This document shows, in pieces, positions 25,629 to 36,123 of a DNA stretch of 36,189 nucleotides. Made by a program: the position numbers and the translations under genes. Positions within the stretch are counted from its first letter, which is position 1. Each line of letters starts with the position of its first letter. The notes beneath the pieces are model-generated. The model was given only the letters and a program-made list of their open reading frames with translations, was not told the DNA's origin and did not search any database. The DNA is from Rhodothermales bacterium (lineage in GTDB: Bacteria; Bacteroidota; Rhodothermia; Rhodothermales; VXPQ01): positions 6,188 to 42,376 of the forward strand of contig JBBDTI010000061.1 of the NCBI GenBank assembly GCA_040904565.1. The letters run 5' to 3'.

Positions 25629-26753
25629 ATGGATACACCCACTCATTTAGACGCTTCATTCATCGCCATGCCGCGCATCGCCCTTCGTCTGCTCACCGCT
25701 CTCGTCCCAATCGTCTTCCTCGCCTTCCCGCTGCCGGCCGCCGCGCAGGACGCGGGCGAAGCCCTCGCGCCCATCGAGCCGCTGCAGGGAACGCTGGAAC
25801 GCATCACCGTACATGGATCGTCTCTTGAAGGCAATCTGCTCGGCGACGATCCCGATCGCCCCGTGTCCGTCTATCTCCCACCCGGTTACGCGACGTCCCC
25901 CGACCGTCGCTATCCCGTCGTCTACGTCCTGCACGGGTTCACCGATACCGACCTGGCATGGTTCGGGTGGAGGGAGCACTTCGTAAACGTGCCGGCCGCC
26001 ATGGAGCGCGCGCTCGAAGACGGCACGGCAAGCGAGATGATCCTGGTCATGCCGAATGCCTATACGGCGTACGCCGGCAGTATGTACTCGAGCTCGGTCG
26101 CGATTGGCGACTGGGAATCCTTCATCGCCGACGAGCTCGTAGCGTACGTGGACGCCAACTACCGTACGATCGCCCACCGGGACAGCCGGGGGCTTACCGG
26201 TCATTCCATGGGTGGATATGGAACGATTCGAATCGGGATGAAGCGCCCCGACGTCTTTTCGAGCATCTACGCGATGAGCCCGTGCTGCCTGGAGCCGAAT
26301 GTGAATCCGGGCGGCCCGGATGCCGATCGGCTCGAGACGTTCGAGACGATCGAGCAGGTGGAACAGGCCGACTTCTTTACCAAAGCACTCTTCGCATCCG
26401 CCGCCGCGTGGTCGCCCGATCCGAACGATCCGCCGATGTTCGTCGACCTGCCCACCGAAGACGGTCGCCGCCAACCGGACGTCGCCGCGCGCTGGATAGC
26501 CAACGCTCCGCTCGCCACCATCCATCAGTACATACCGCGGGTACGGCGCCTTACGGCGATCGGGCTGGATTCCGGAGCGCAGGATGGATCGATCACGGAG
26601 ACGACCCGTGCGCTGTCGGAGGTGCTCTCGCGGTACGGCATCTACCATTTCGCTGAGATCTACGACCCCGGCAACCACATCAGTCACGTCGACGAACGCG
26701 TGGAAGTGTTCGTCCTGCCCTTCTTCGCGGACGAACTGGCGTTTCGGGAATAA
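25629..26753 (+). CDS. Secreted alpha/beta-hydrolase esterase (CE1/Fes-like)
   Basis: VYLPPGY, YPVVYVLHG, GHSMGGYG nucleophile elbow, C-terminal GNH; signal peptide; alternative start 25668. Confidence 0.87.
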   Translation: MDTPTHLDASFIAMPRIALRLLTALVPIVFLAFPLPAAAQDAGEALAPIEPLQGTLERITVHGSSLEGNLLGDDPDRPVSVYLPPGYATSPDRRYPVVYVLHGFTDTDLAWFGWREHFVNVPAAMERALEDGTASEMILVMPNAYTAYAGSMYSSSVAIGDWESFIADELVAYVDANYRTIAHRDSRGLTGHSMGGYGTIRIGMKRPDVFSSIYAMSPCCLEPNVNPGGPDADRLETFETIEQVEQADFFTKALFASAAAWSPDPNDPPMFVDLPTEDGRRQPDVAARWIANAPLATIHQYIPRVRRLTAIGLDSGAQDGSITETTRALSEVLSRYGIYHFAEIYDPGNHISHVDERVEVFVLPFFADELAFRE

Positions 26754-27140
26754 TTACGGGCACGTCGCGCTTCCCTCCTCCGCCGAATAGGAGCAGGCGC
26801 ACGCCGTCACGGCACGGTCGACCACGGTGCCGTCGCCGCCGCGCTTCTGTACGACGGCCGTAATGCGAAGCGGCTTCTCGAGGGGACCGCCGTCGCGTCG
26901 GCAGAGCCGGAGGCGGCGCTCCACCCGTCTAGTTCCGCTTGAGGAGAGAGCTTCGTCGCGAACGTAACGAACCACCTCACCGCCCTCGACGAAACGAACG
27001 GGCTGCTCTTCGGCCACGGAGTAGACGACGTCGACCGGACCTACGCCGCTAAAAGCGAACGACACCTTGGTCGTGCCCGGTTCGGGCAGGGTAACCGCTG
27101 ACGGCACGGCCTGAAGACTCGACGTAATGATGAGTGCCAC
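26754..27140 (-). CDS. Hypothetical small beta-rich protein with Cys-rich C-terminus
   Basis: SD GGAGG then GTG at 27140, 14 nt after the upstream gene's stop; ends CACSYSAEEGSATCP. Confidence 0.6.
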   Translation of the reverse strand: MALIITSSLQAVPSAVTLPEPGTTKVSFAFSGVGPVDVVYSVAEEQPVRFVEGGEVVRYVRDEALSSSGTRRVERRLRLCRRDGGPLEKPLRITAVVQKRGGDGTVVDRAVTACACSYSAEEGSATCP

Positions 27141-27154
27141 TGCTATACCTCCAT

Positions 27155-28966
27155 CTACTTTGTGATGGCGCTGCCCAGAACGCCCAGCGTCTGCCTGACG
27201 TCCCAATCGAACGACACGGAGAAAAAGAAGGCCCGGCTCAACTCGAAATCGGGCTGGGACGCACCTGCGGCGGGCGCGCGCGGGTCATTGCCCTTATACA
27301 CCAGCGCGCCGGCGGACACGCGCAGCACGTCCGTCAACCTGAGACCACCGCCTACGAGCAGCGCGTTGCTGCCGAAGAGATCCGCTCGCTCGTCCGTTTT
27401 CTCCACGGACGCGTACGTCACCCCGATCAACGCAGCGAACCGCCGACCGATGCCGCCCCGGGCGCTCAGCGGTGCCTCCTTATTGACGGGACGGAAATAG
27501 ACGTTCATGCCGAAATAAGGCAGCACCTCATCCAGTACGGGGACGGCGGCGAGGCCGACGTCGGCACTGAGATACCAGCGCGCGCGCGTCTCGAACGTGC
27601 CGCCCGAACTTCCCGTTACCGTCATGCCGTACCGGGCGTGAATCGATAGATCATCGACCAGCTCGTCCAGCACCGCATTCCGTTGTTCGAGGGCTCGCCG
27701 TATCTGGAGGTGATGGCCTGCCAGTCCCTCTATCCCGTCGCCCAGATACGCGACCCTATCGAACAGCTGCTCTAGATGGGCCGGCGGCTGACGGGCCAGT
27801 CGCGGACTCAGATCCCGAAGTGCGACATCCCGAGACAGCCGACGCAGCAGCGACGCCGCGCCGCGCAGGGCACGTCGCGTTCGCTCGAGATTATCGAGGC
27901 GCGCGTCTATCGAATCCGGCGCCCAGACCTCGTCGAGGGGTGCCGTCACGCGAAAGGCTGCCGCGCGGACGGACGTGAGCGGATCCTGACCGGTAAGCAC
28001 GCGGGTGCGCTCTTCGCTCGACAGGTCTGCCAGCAGACCCAGCGTGACGGCGGATGAGACGTGCGGCTGCAGGGCCGCATCCTGCGCTGCCAGCGCGCGG
28101 ATCTCCTCGGCGATCGTCACGAGTGTGGAATCACCGGCCGGGGCATCCATGCGCGGTCGAACCAGATCGAAATAGGACGGATCCGGTTCCCCATCCCCAT
28201 CGAAATCATCCGGCAGCGGCCCACTCATCGCGTTGCGCCTCGCGGCGTCGAGGTCAGCCTGCGGCGTCAGCAGCCTCGCCATCTCCGAGCGGAGGCGGGC
28301 CCGGCCGGACGTCGACGTGGTATCGAAGATCGATCCCGGCTCCGCAGCGACCGTCATGCCGGACGCACCCGCCGGTCGAGGCAAAGCGGAGACCAGGGAT
28401 TGCTGAAACGCCTGCACGTCACCGATCGCGTCGGCCGACTGCCGGCGCATGAAACGGTCGACGGCAGACCGCGCACGAGCGTGGAAGGCCTGCAGCTCAC
28501 CGCTCGTCGGAGACCGCCGGTAGACGAAGTGGAACTGGTAGAACGAATTGGCCTCCAGCGCCGGCACGTGCACGTAGAAACTGTCGCCCGCGGCCCCTTC
28601 GAAACGCGACCAGTTGTCGACGTTCCTCCACGTGTCCGCATCGAACGGCGCCGAGCGCACGTCGGGCTTCTCCACGATCCAGACCGACACGCCCGTAACC
28701 TGATCCGTAACGGCGCCGCGAACCCTGAAGGGAACGTCAAACGGCACGGCCGACTTCATGGCGCCGGAAGAGAGATCGACGGCGATGGTTCGGTAGGCCT
28801 GCGCCGCTGCGACCGACGTACCGAGGCAGATCAGGCAGAAGCCGCACAGGATGCAGCACAGTAAGCGGCTTGCCCGTTGACGCCCCGGGGTCACGAACGC
28901 ATACTGATCCTCACGGACGGACCGCTTCGCAACCAGATGAGACGGATATCTCGGTGTCGATTCCAT
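27155..28966 (-). CDS. Hypothetical exported protein: N-terminal beta domain, helical middle, C-terminal beta-barrel-like region
   Basis: Purine-rich AAGGGGGG before ATG 28966; hydrophobic signal-like segment ending AAA|Q; DFDGDG motif; amphipathic C-terminal strands. Confidence 0.75.
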   Translation of the reverse strand: MESTPRYPSHLVAKRSVREDQYAFVTPGRQRASRLLCCILCGFCLICLGTSVAAAQAYRTIAVDLSSGAMKSAVPFDVPFRVRGAVTDQVTGVSVWIVEKPDVRSAPFDADTWRNVDNWSRFEGAAGDSFYVHVPALEANSFYQFHFVYRRSPTSGELQAFHARARSAVDRFMRRQSADAIGDVQAFQQSLVSALPRPAGASGMTVAAEPGSIFDTTSTSGRARLRSEMARLLTPQADLDAARRNAMSGPLPDDFDGDGEPDPSYFDLVRPRMDAPAGDSTLVTIAEEIRALAAQDAALQPHVSSAVTLGLLADLSSEERTRVLTGQDPLTSVRAAAFRVTAPLDEVWAPDSIDARLDNLERTRRALRGAASLLRRLSRDVALRDLSPRLARQPPAHLEQLFDRVAYLGDGIEGLAGHHLQIRRALEQRNAVLDELVDDLSIHARYGMTVTGSSGGTFETRARWYLSADVGLAAVPVLDEVLPYFGMNVYFRPVNKEAPLSARGGIGRRFAALIGVTYASVEKTDERADLFGSNALLVGGGLRLTDVLRVSAGALVYKGNDPRAPAAGASQPDFELSRAFFFSVSFDWDVRQTLGVLGSAITK

Positions 28967-28982
28967 CGAATGCCCCCCTTTG

Positions 28983-29036
28983 GACGGCGATGACGGCGTG
29001 GACGGCAAAGACGGCAAAGACGGCAAAGACGGCGTT
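28983..29036. repeat. 9-bp tandem repeat GACGGCNNN x6
   Basis: GACGGCGAT GACGGCGTG GACGGCAAA x3 GACGGCGTT, intergenic. Confidence 0.9.
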
Positions 29037-29079
29037 CAACGCAGTGGCTCGTTCAGTATATGTTTTCCGTCGTCGGTCG

Positions 29080-30054
29080 TCAATACGATGCGTCGTAGAC
29101 GAACAATCTGCCGTCGTTGTCCTCAGGCAGGAAAAAGGCCCGCAAGCCGTTTTCGGATATCTCGAAAGCAGCCGGATTCTGGGTCATCGGGACGCCCGCC
29201 TCCGTCCACAGTGGAACCGGCACCTGATGCAGGGGCCGGCCCTCAAGCAGGTCGATGAGCTCCATGCCGCCAAGGGCTACGGCGTGCTCGGGACCTGAGA
29301 TGCGGCTAACGCCCGTACACAGCGCTTCCCCATCCCCCACGTACTGGCAGTCCTGATAGTCGACGTAGTGGGCTGGATTCGGCGAGCGCACCGGATCCGG
29401 CGGAACCTCCGATCGGGACCGATCCAGCACCACGTCGATAGGCCACGTGAAGAACGTTCGCGACCCCCAGCTGACGGCGTGCAGCGTCCCGTCGTCGATA
29501 TTGTGCACGATACCGCCCAGGTGATCGGCGAACCGAAACGCTTCCGTCGCCTCCATGGTCTGCGGATCCACCCGATACACGATCGTGCGGGAGTGCGGGC
29601 GGTATTCGGCTACGGGTACCCAGACCGACGTGCCGTCGAAATCGATGCCGCCTGGATGATAGATGTCGCCTTCACCGATCTCTATGTGCGCGACGAGCTC
29701 GCCGTCGAGATTCATCTTGAACAGATGTCCTCGACCCCTGCCCGCGCTGCGGTCAACGCCGTCGCGGGAAGGATCGAAGCGGCGGGTCGGCTCGAGAATC
29801 TCGACCGAGGACAGGAAGAGATGATCGCCGACTTTTGCGAAACCCTGTGGATGGTAGGTGTCGAAACGGACCTGGACGGCGCCGACCTGCTCCCAGATCG
29901 CGTCTCTGGTAAGCTGCCTGACGTGCATCGAGAGCGTGTCCGCGAGACGGGCCGGCATTCGCGCGGTACTGGTGTGGGCCGCGTTACCGTCGCGCCCGCC
30001 GGCCGCCAGGAGAGGGACAAGACACGAGAGAACGACGAGAGACTTGAGGCTCAT
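29080..30054 (-). CDS. DUF6454-like secreted beta-propeller protein
   Basis: Signal peptide; YHPQG, YHPGGIDFDG, VPVAEYRP, DHLGG, VSWGSR, DYQDCQY, TQNP. Confidence 0.7.
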   Translation of the reverse strand: MSLKSLVVLSCLVPLLAAGGRDGNAAHTSTARMPARLADTLSMHVRQLTRDAIWEQVGAVQVRFDTYHPQGFAKVGDHLFLSSVEILEPTRRFDPSRDGVDRSAGRGRGHLFKMNLDGELVAHIEIGEGDIYHPGGIDFDGTSVWVPVAEYRPHSRTIVYRVDPQTMEATEAFRFADHLGGIVHNIDDGTLHAVSWGSRTFFTWPIDVVLDRSRSEVPPDPVRSPNPAHYVDYQDCQYVGDGEALCTGVSRISGPEHAVALGGMELIDLLEGRPLHQVPVPLWTEAGVPMTQNPAAFEISENGLRAFFLPEDNDGRLFVYDASY

Positions 30055-30332
30055 GAACTTTTTCTGTCGGCGTGTCCGAGCGACTTGTCGGGCGCGATTT
30101 CGTCACGTACGACCTGCTTGAGTTCCGTGATTTCGGGGAAACGGCCGATATCCGTGCGCGACCAGACCACGGTGTCGTTTGCCACCACGTCAAATACGCC
30201 GCCGGTCGACGGGCGAAGCGTCACTGCGTCGAGTTCCCCATCGAACGTCGACAGCAGCTCCTGTGCCATCCATGCAGCGCGAAGCTGCCACCGGCACTGA
30301 GTACAGTATCGTATCTCGACGTGGTTTTCCAT
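30051..30332 (-). CDS. SelT/SelW/SelH (Rdx) family thioredoxin-like protein
   Basis: IRYCTQCRWQLRAAWMAQELLSTF..GGVFDV..FPE..ELKQ.VRD; ATGA overlap with downstream gene. Confidence 0.92.
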   Translation of the reverse strand: MENHVEIRYCTQCRWQLRAAWMAQELLSTFDGELDAVTLRPSTGGVFDVVANDTVVWSRTDIGRFPEITELKQVVRDEIAPDKSLGHADRKSS

Positions 30333-30395
30333 CCTGTTACGGATTCAATCGATGAGTCCGTGCTCGTCCGATACCGGGCTCGGTGTGAGACACAT

Positions 30396-31709
30396 CTAGT
30401 CGACCCGGTCCCAGACCTTCTCCTGCATGTCCTGCACGCGAAGGTCCACATCTGGAAGATCGGGCAGATTGCTTGACGGCCTGTCCAGATAGAAGTAGGC
30501 GGTCGCCGACACGTCGTCGCTGCGATAGAAGAATCCGCCTTTGTCGGCGAGGTCCAGCTCATCCATCGAAGGAACGGGATCCATGTCGAGGAGGTCGACG
30601 TGCTCCGGAGCCGGCGACTCGATGCGTGTAATGTCGGAGGCACCGTGCAGATCCAACAAGGCGGCCAGCTGCAACTCCGCCCCTTCTTCCGCCATCTCCC
30701 GAACGCGCTCGGCCGTTGCCGCGCCCATTTGCTGGATGGTCACCCGGAGGTCCTCATGGAAATACACCGGATCGGCGATATGATATCGGTAGAACGTGTA
30801 CAGATCGCTTTCGTAGTCGGCCACCGTCGAGCCGTGAAGGTCGCCGTCGTACTCGCCCTGGCCCCATCCCGAACCGATATAATCTTCCGTACCGGTTCCG
30901 ACGAGCGTCGGTAGCGTGGTGTCGCCGTCGACGTACATCTTCACCTCGCCCTCGCCGAACCACGTGCCCCGATACGCGGGATCACCGATGACGCCAACGT
31001 TCGTTCCGATAAAACGTCCCGTGCCCTCGACGCGGGGAAGAATTTCGTAGTCGATGCCGACGCCCGTGTCCACGTCGCGATTCCAGTAGGCGTGGAAATA
31101 CATCACGTCGTCAGCATGATTCGGTACCTCGACGAAATTGAGATCATACCAGAAGAGGACGTAGTAGGGCGACTCGTTCGTCACGACGACGCGGGCCGAC
31201 GTTCGATACGGCATCGGTATGGTAAAATTAAACGATCGCCCTTCGGGATTGGAAAAGAGCTTGCTGTCGAACGGAGCCGTGAGGCCGAGGCCGACCCCGA
31301 AAAAGTCCCCAATCGGCGCAGAGACGGCCGGCTTCTCCGCACCATCCCAGTACATGTCCAATCGAACCATGCGCCGCTGTTCGGCATTCCGCCCAATCGT
31401 TCCACTCATCCACATCCGTGTGATGACGCCCGCCCCTTCACGATCGAGAAGGACCTGATCCTCACCTGGCGGAATGATATAGAATGCCTGTCCTTTTGCG
31501 CCCTGGTTCGTTTGTCCGCCCGCTCCTTTTTCGCCATTCGGGTTCTCCGGACTCGCCCATCGCGTATGCACGCCCTCCGCGGGTGCTTTGTACAGGACGC
31601 CTTCCTGTCCGACCTGCCACGAAGCCTCGCTGCCGGAGTCGGGCGACGTAGTGCAGCCCGTCAGGACCGCGATCGATATGAAAACGAGGGTCAGCGTGCT
31701 TGTGCGCAT
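30396..31709 (-). CDS. Glycoside hydrolase family 172 (DUF2961) lipoprotein
   Basis: Lipobox VLTGC; ENPNGEKG, GVITRMW, APIGDFFG, WFGEGEVK, GTGTEDY, YRYHIADPVYF. Confidence 0.88.
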   Translation of the reverse strand: MRTSTLTLVFISIAVLTGCTTSPDSGSEASWQVGQEGVLYKAPAEGVHTRWASPENPNGEKGAGGQTNQGAKGQAFYIIPPGEDQVLLDREGAGVITRMWMSGTIGRNAEQRRMVRLDMYWDGAEKPAVSAPIGDFFGVGLGLTAPFDSKLFSNPEGRSFNFTIPMPYRTSARVVVTNESPYYVLFWYDLNFVEVPNHADDVMYFHAYWNRDVDTGVGIDYEILPRVEGTGRFIGTNVGVIGDPAYRGTWFGEGEVKMYVDGDTTLPTLVGTGTEDYIGSGWGQGEYDGDLHGSTVADYESDLYTFYRYHIADPVYFHEDLRVTIQQMGAATAERVREMAEEGAELQLAALLDLHGASDITRIESPAPEHVDLLDMDPVPSMDELDLADKGGFFYRSDDVSATAYFYLDRPSSNLPDLPDVDLRVQDMQEKVWDRVD

Positions 31710-31884
31710 GATTCTTCCAGTTGATTCCAGCCTGTGGATGATCGTCGGGACCCCGTCATGCGTGCACGCCGGATACGAACCCGACTACGTAAATGAACGA
31801 AATCCTTTTGAGTGAAACGTCAGCGGCTCGTTTGATGGTCATCGCTACAGCACGTATCGGGTGATCGGAACGGTATGGACGATG

Positions 31885-33558
<1,674 letters not shown>

Positions 33559-33710
33559 GGTCGAACGCTACGAGTGGATGGATCACTGAAGGGGATGCGT
33601 CGAATCGCGTGAGACCTGTTTGGTTCCGTTCGCATCAGCTCGCCAGTCCGTGTCCACCCACCGGGTCGGTGACGGTCGGCGGATCGAAGACGGAGATGAG
33701 CGGCCTGGCC

Positions 33711-33790
33711 CGTGCGATGGCGTCCCGAACCTCAGGCAGATCACTTTAAGATAATCAACGAAAACGAAAAGTTGATAGTACCATCGCACG
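33711..33790. other. 80-bp element bounded by perfect 10-bp inverted repeats with internal hairpins
   Basis: CGTGCGATGG (33711-33720) / CCATCGCACG (33781-33790); internal ATCAAC-N11-GTTGAT (33754-33776). Confidence 0.5.
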
Positions 33791-33816
33791 ATACCGCCAA
33801 AATCAGGCGGGCGGCT

Positions 33817-34419
33817 TTAATGATGTCCCGACGAATGGAGATGCGCTCCATCCCCGGCGTAGCCCCGCAACCGGTTATATGCGCTGATCTGGTCGGATGT
33901 CATCAGCTCCGCGGTCTCCAGGTGGGTGGACAGATGCGCGTATCGAACGTCGGCTTCGTGCCGCGCCGCCTCTTCGACCCATGCGCGGACGTCACGCTTG
34001 GACGCTTGCTTCGCAGCAAAGAGGCTGTCGAGTTTCGCCTCCGCTCGAACGAGTCTCTCGCCCGCGGCGCTTGCCGCATCCTGCATGGCATCGAACGTCC
34101 CCGCAATCTCGCGGCGCTGCTCTACCGTAAGCCCGAGGGAATCTCCCAGATCCAGCACGTGGCGTGGACCGGGATATCCGTTGAGCTCTGCCGCCAGCGC
34201 ATAGCCAAGACCTTCACCAGATAAGAGTCCCTCTATCCGGTCGTCAGAGAGCGCCTTGATGGAACGCCGTGTCTCGTCCACATACGATGACGTATACGAC
34301 CTACCTTCGTCGGACGCAGGGCCGTCCGGTTGACATCCGATGAGCGAGAAGGAGATCACCATCGCAATGAGTCCACAGGCACGCGAGGATGTCGCAGCCG
34401 CACATAACGGCGTGCGCAT
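33817..34419 (-). CDS. Spy/CpxP-like periplasmic (heavy-metal-binding type) lipoprotein
   Basis: LIGC lipobox-like; SIKALS, AAELNGYPGPRHVL, LGLTVEQ, LMTSDQ..YNRLRGY; His-rich C-terminus; start uncertain (34362/34419). Confidence 0.7.
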   Translation of the reverse strand: MRTPLCAAATSSRACGLIAMVISFSLIGCQPDGPASDEGRSYTSSYVDETRRSIKALSDDRIEGLLSGEGLGYALAAELNGYPGPRHVLDLGDSLGLTVEQRREIAGTFDAMQDAASAAGERLVRAEAKLDSLFAAKQASKRDVRAWVEEAARHEADVRYAHLSTHLETAELMTSDQISAYNRLRGYAGDGAHLHSSGHH

Positions 34420-34479
34420 TGGGATGGTCAGGTATGAAGTCACAACCGTCACAAGGGGCTAATGTAAATCAGATGCAGG

Positions 34480-34803
34480 CTAGGCGCGGCCCAGCCGCCC
34501 GAGGGTACTGTCGAGAGATCGCTTCATCTTCTCTACGGCACCGTCGACGGCCAGCTGCACGTTCCCTGCGTGATGATTCGCCGAGATGGGCCGGAGTCCG
34601 GCCAGGCGTGTTTCCAGCAGGCAGCGTTTATCGTTCGCACCGGCCTTCTTGTCACTGTTCTCGTCGCTCAGGTGAACTTCCACCCGCGTGATCTGCTCAC
34701 TGAACCGGGCTAACGAATTCCGAACCACCGTTTCGATCTCCTCGGCCAACGACTCACTGCCGTCTATGTGATCATCCGTGTTGACTTGAACGAGCATCTG
34801 CAT
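34480..34803 (-). CDS. HPF/RaiA family ribosome-associated protein
   Basis: SD AAGGAGG; QVNTD..ITRVEVHLSDEN..DKRCLLETRLAG..AVDGAVEKM; start 34803 or 34797. Confidence 0.87.
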   Translation of the reverse strand: MQMLVQVNTDDHIDGSESLAEEIETVVRNSLARFSEQITRVEVHLSDENSDKKAGANDKRCLLETRLAGLRPISANHHAGNVQLAVDGAVEKMKRSLDSTLGRLGRA

Positions 34804-35118
34804 GTCCTCCTTATTTACTACCACTGAACGTCGCAAGACCGGTTTTCGGGATACCGCCTTCGCTGGCGGCTCCACCGGGTAGGCACGGCTCAGCATTAAG
34901 CGAACTTCCGGTGTCAATCCGTCGCATGGTCGAACGCGGGAATTCCGCCTTCGATCCGGTTTGCGAAGGTGCCACAGGCCACTCACGGTGGCAGAGGGTT
35001 GATGCCGGGAGCGGCTCAAGGCGTGAGGCAGAGACTCGCTATGCGTTTCCGGCGGCACGTCGCTCCGAAGACGTCCGTTCCCGTTCCACCATGCGCTTGA
35101 GATTGCGGCCTTCTTCGT

Positions 35119-36123
35119 TCATGTCGGTAAGCTTCCATCCATTCCGTGCGCATCACGTTCCCCCTCATCGATCGAATCGACCTCTCTGAGAAATGGTTTC
35201 GCGCCCGTCGCCACGCGCAGGTCGAACACGTCCGGACGGGCGTAGTGACCGGCCGTATCCAGCTGAAACCGTGAGCCCGTGATGGTGGACCGGTCGACCT
35301 CTGCTATCAAGATCCCTTCTTCCTTTTCGAGCGGGCCGGCGACGATCTTTCCGTCCGGATCCACGATGACGGACAATCCCGGATTCAGCCACTGCGCCGA
35401 ATCAGACAGATACGTCGTTTTGAAGGCCAGCCGGTCTGGAAGGTCATCCAGGCGCATCGCGGAGCAGCATCCGACCACGTAACATCGTCCTTCCTTGGCA
35501 ATGTGGCGCATCGTGGAGATCCACGGCTCGCCGCGATCCCACGTGGGGGCCACATAGAGTTCCACGCCCCGAGCGTACAATGTATACCGGGCCAGCGGCA
35601 TATAATTCTCCCAGCATATAAGTCCGCCTACCCTGCCGAACGGCAGCGAATGGACGCCCAGATCGCTCCCGTCGCCCTGCCCCCACACGAGCCGCTCGCC
35701 CGTCGTTGGAACCAGCTTCCGATGTCGTCCCGGCACGTCGCCGTTCGGACCGATGTAGAGGATGGAGTTATACAGCGTGGATCGGCTCCCTTCCGTATTC
35801 CGCTCGTTCACGCCGATGGCTACCGCGATGCCTGCCTTTTTTGCCGCCGCACACAGCAGATCCGTCGCCGGCCCGGGAATGTCGATAGCATTCTCGAGCA
35901 GCTCCGCGTACAGACTCCGGAGATCGTGGGTCTTGCCGGAAGGGATATACCATACCCAGACGGGATACGCCGGCACGAACGCCTCGGGGAATACGGCCAG
36001 CGAGGCCCCAAGGTCGGCCGCCTCCGCGATGAGGTCGCAGGCCTTCTGGATGGTTGCATCGCGATCGAGAAAGACGGGGCTGGCCTGTACCGCGGCGATG
36101 GAGAAGGTTTGCGGAATAATCAT
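35119..36123 (-). CDS. Nitrilase (carbon-nitrogen hydrolase, branch 1)
   Basis: Catalytic triad FPEAF, HRKLVPT, LICWENYMP; DTAGHYARPDVF. Confidence 0.92.
   Translation of the reverse strand: MIIPQTFSIAAVQASPVFLDRDATIQKACDLIAEAADLGASLAVFPEAFVPAYPVWVWYIPSGKTHDLRSLYAELLENAIDIPGPATDLLCAAAKKAGIAVAIGVNERNTEGSRSTLYNSILYIGPNGDVPGRHRKLVPTTGERLVWGQGDGSDLGVHSLPFGRVGGLICWENYMPLARYTLYARGVELYVAPTWDRGEPWISTMRHIAKEGRCYVVGCCSAMRLDDLPDRLAFKTTYLSDSAQWLNPGLSVIVDPDGKIVAGPLEKEEGILIAEVDRSTITGSRFQLDTAGHYARPDVFDLRVATGAKPFLREVDSIDEGERDAHGMDGSLPT

Noticed and set aside
28980-29258. Collagen-like ORF MDGDDGVDGKDGKDGKDG
   Set aside because: Arises only from the 9-bp repeat, has a TTG start, and the remainder is antisense to the DUF6454 gene
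30051-30332. Possible selenoprotein
   Set aside because: Redox motif is CTQC with ordinary Cys codons and no in-frame UGA
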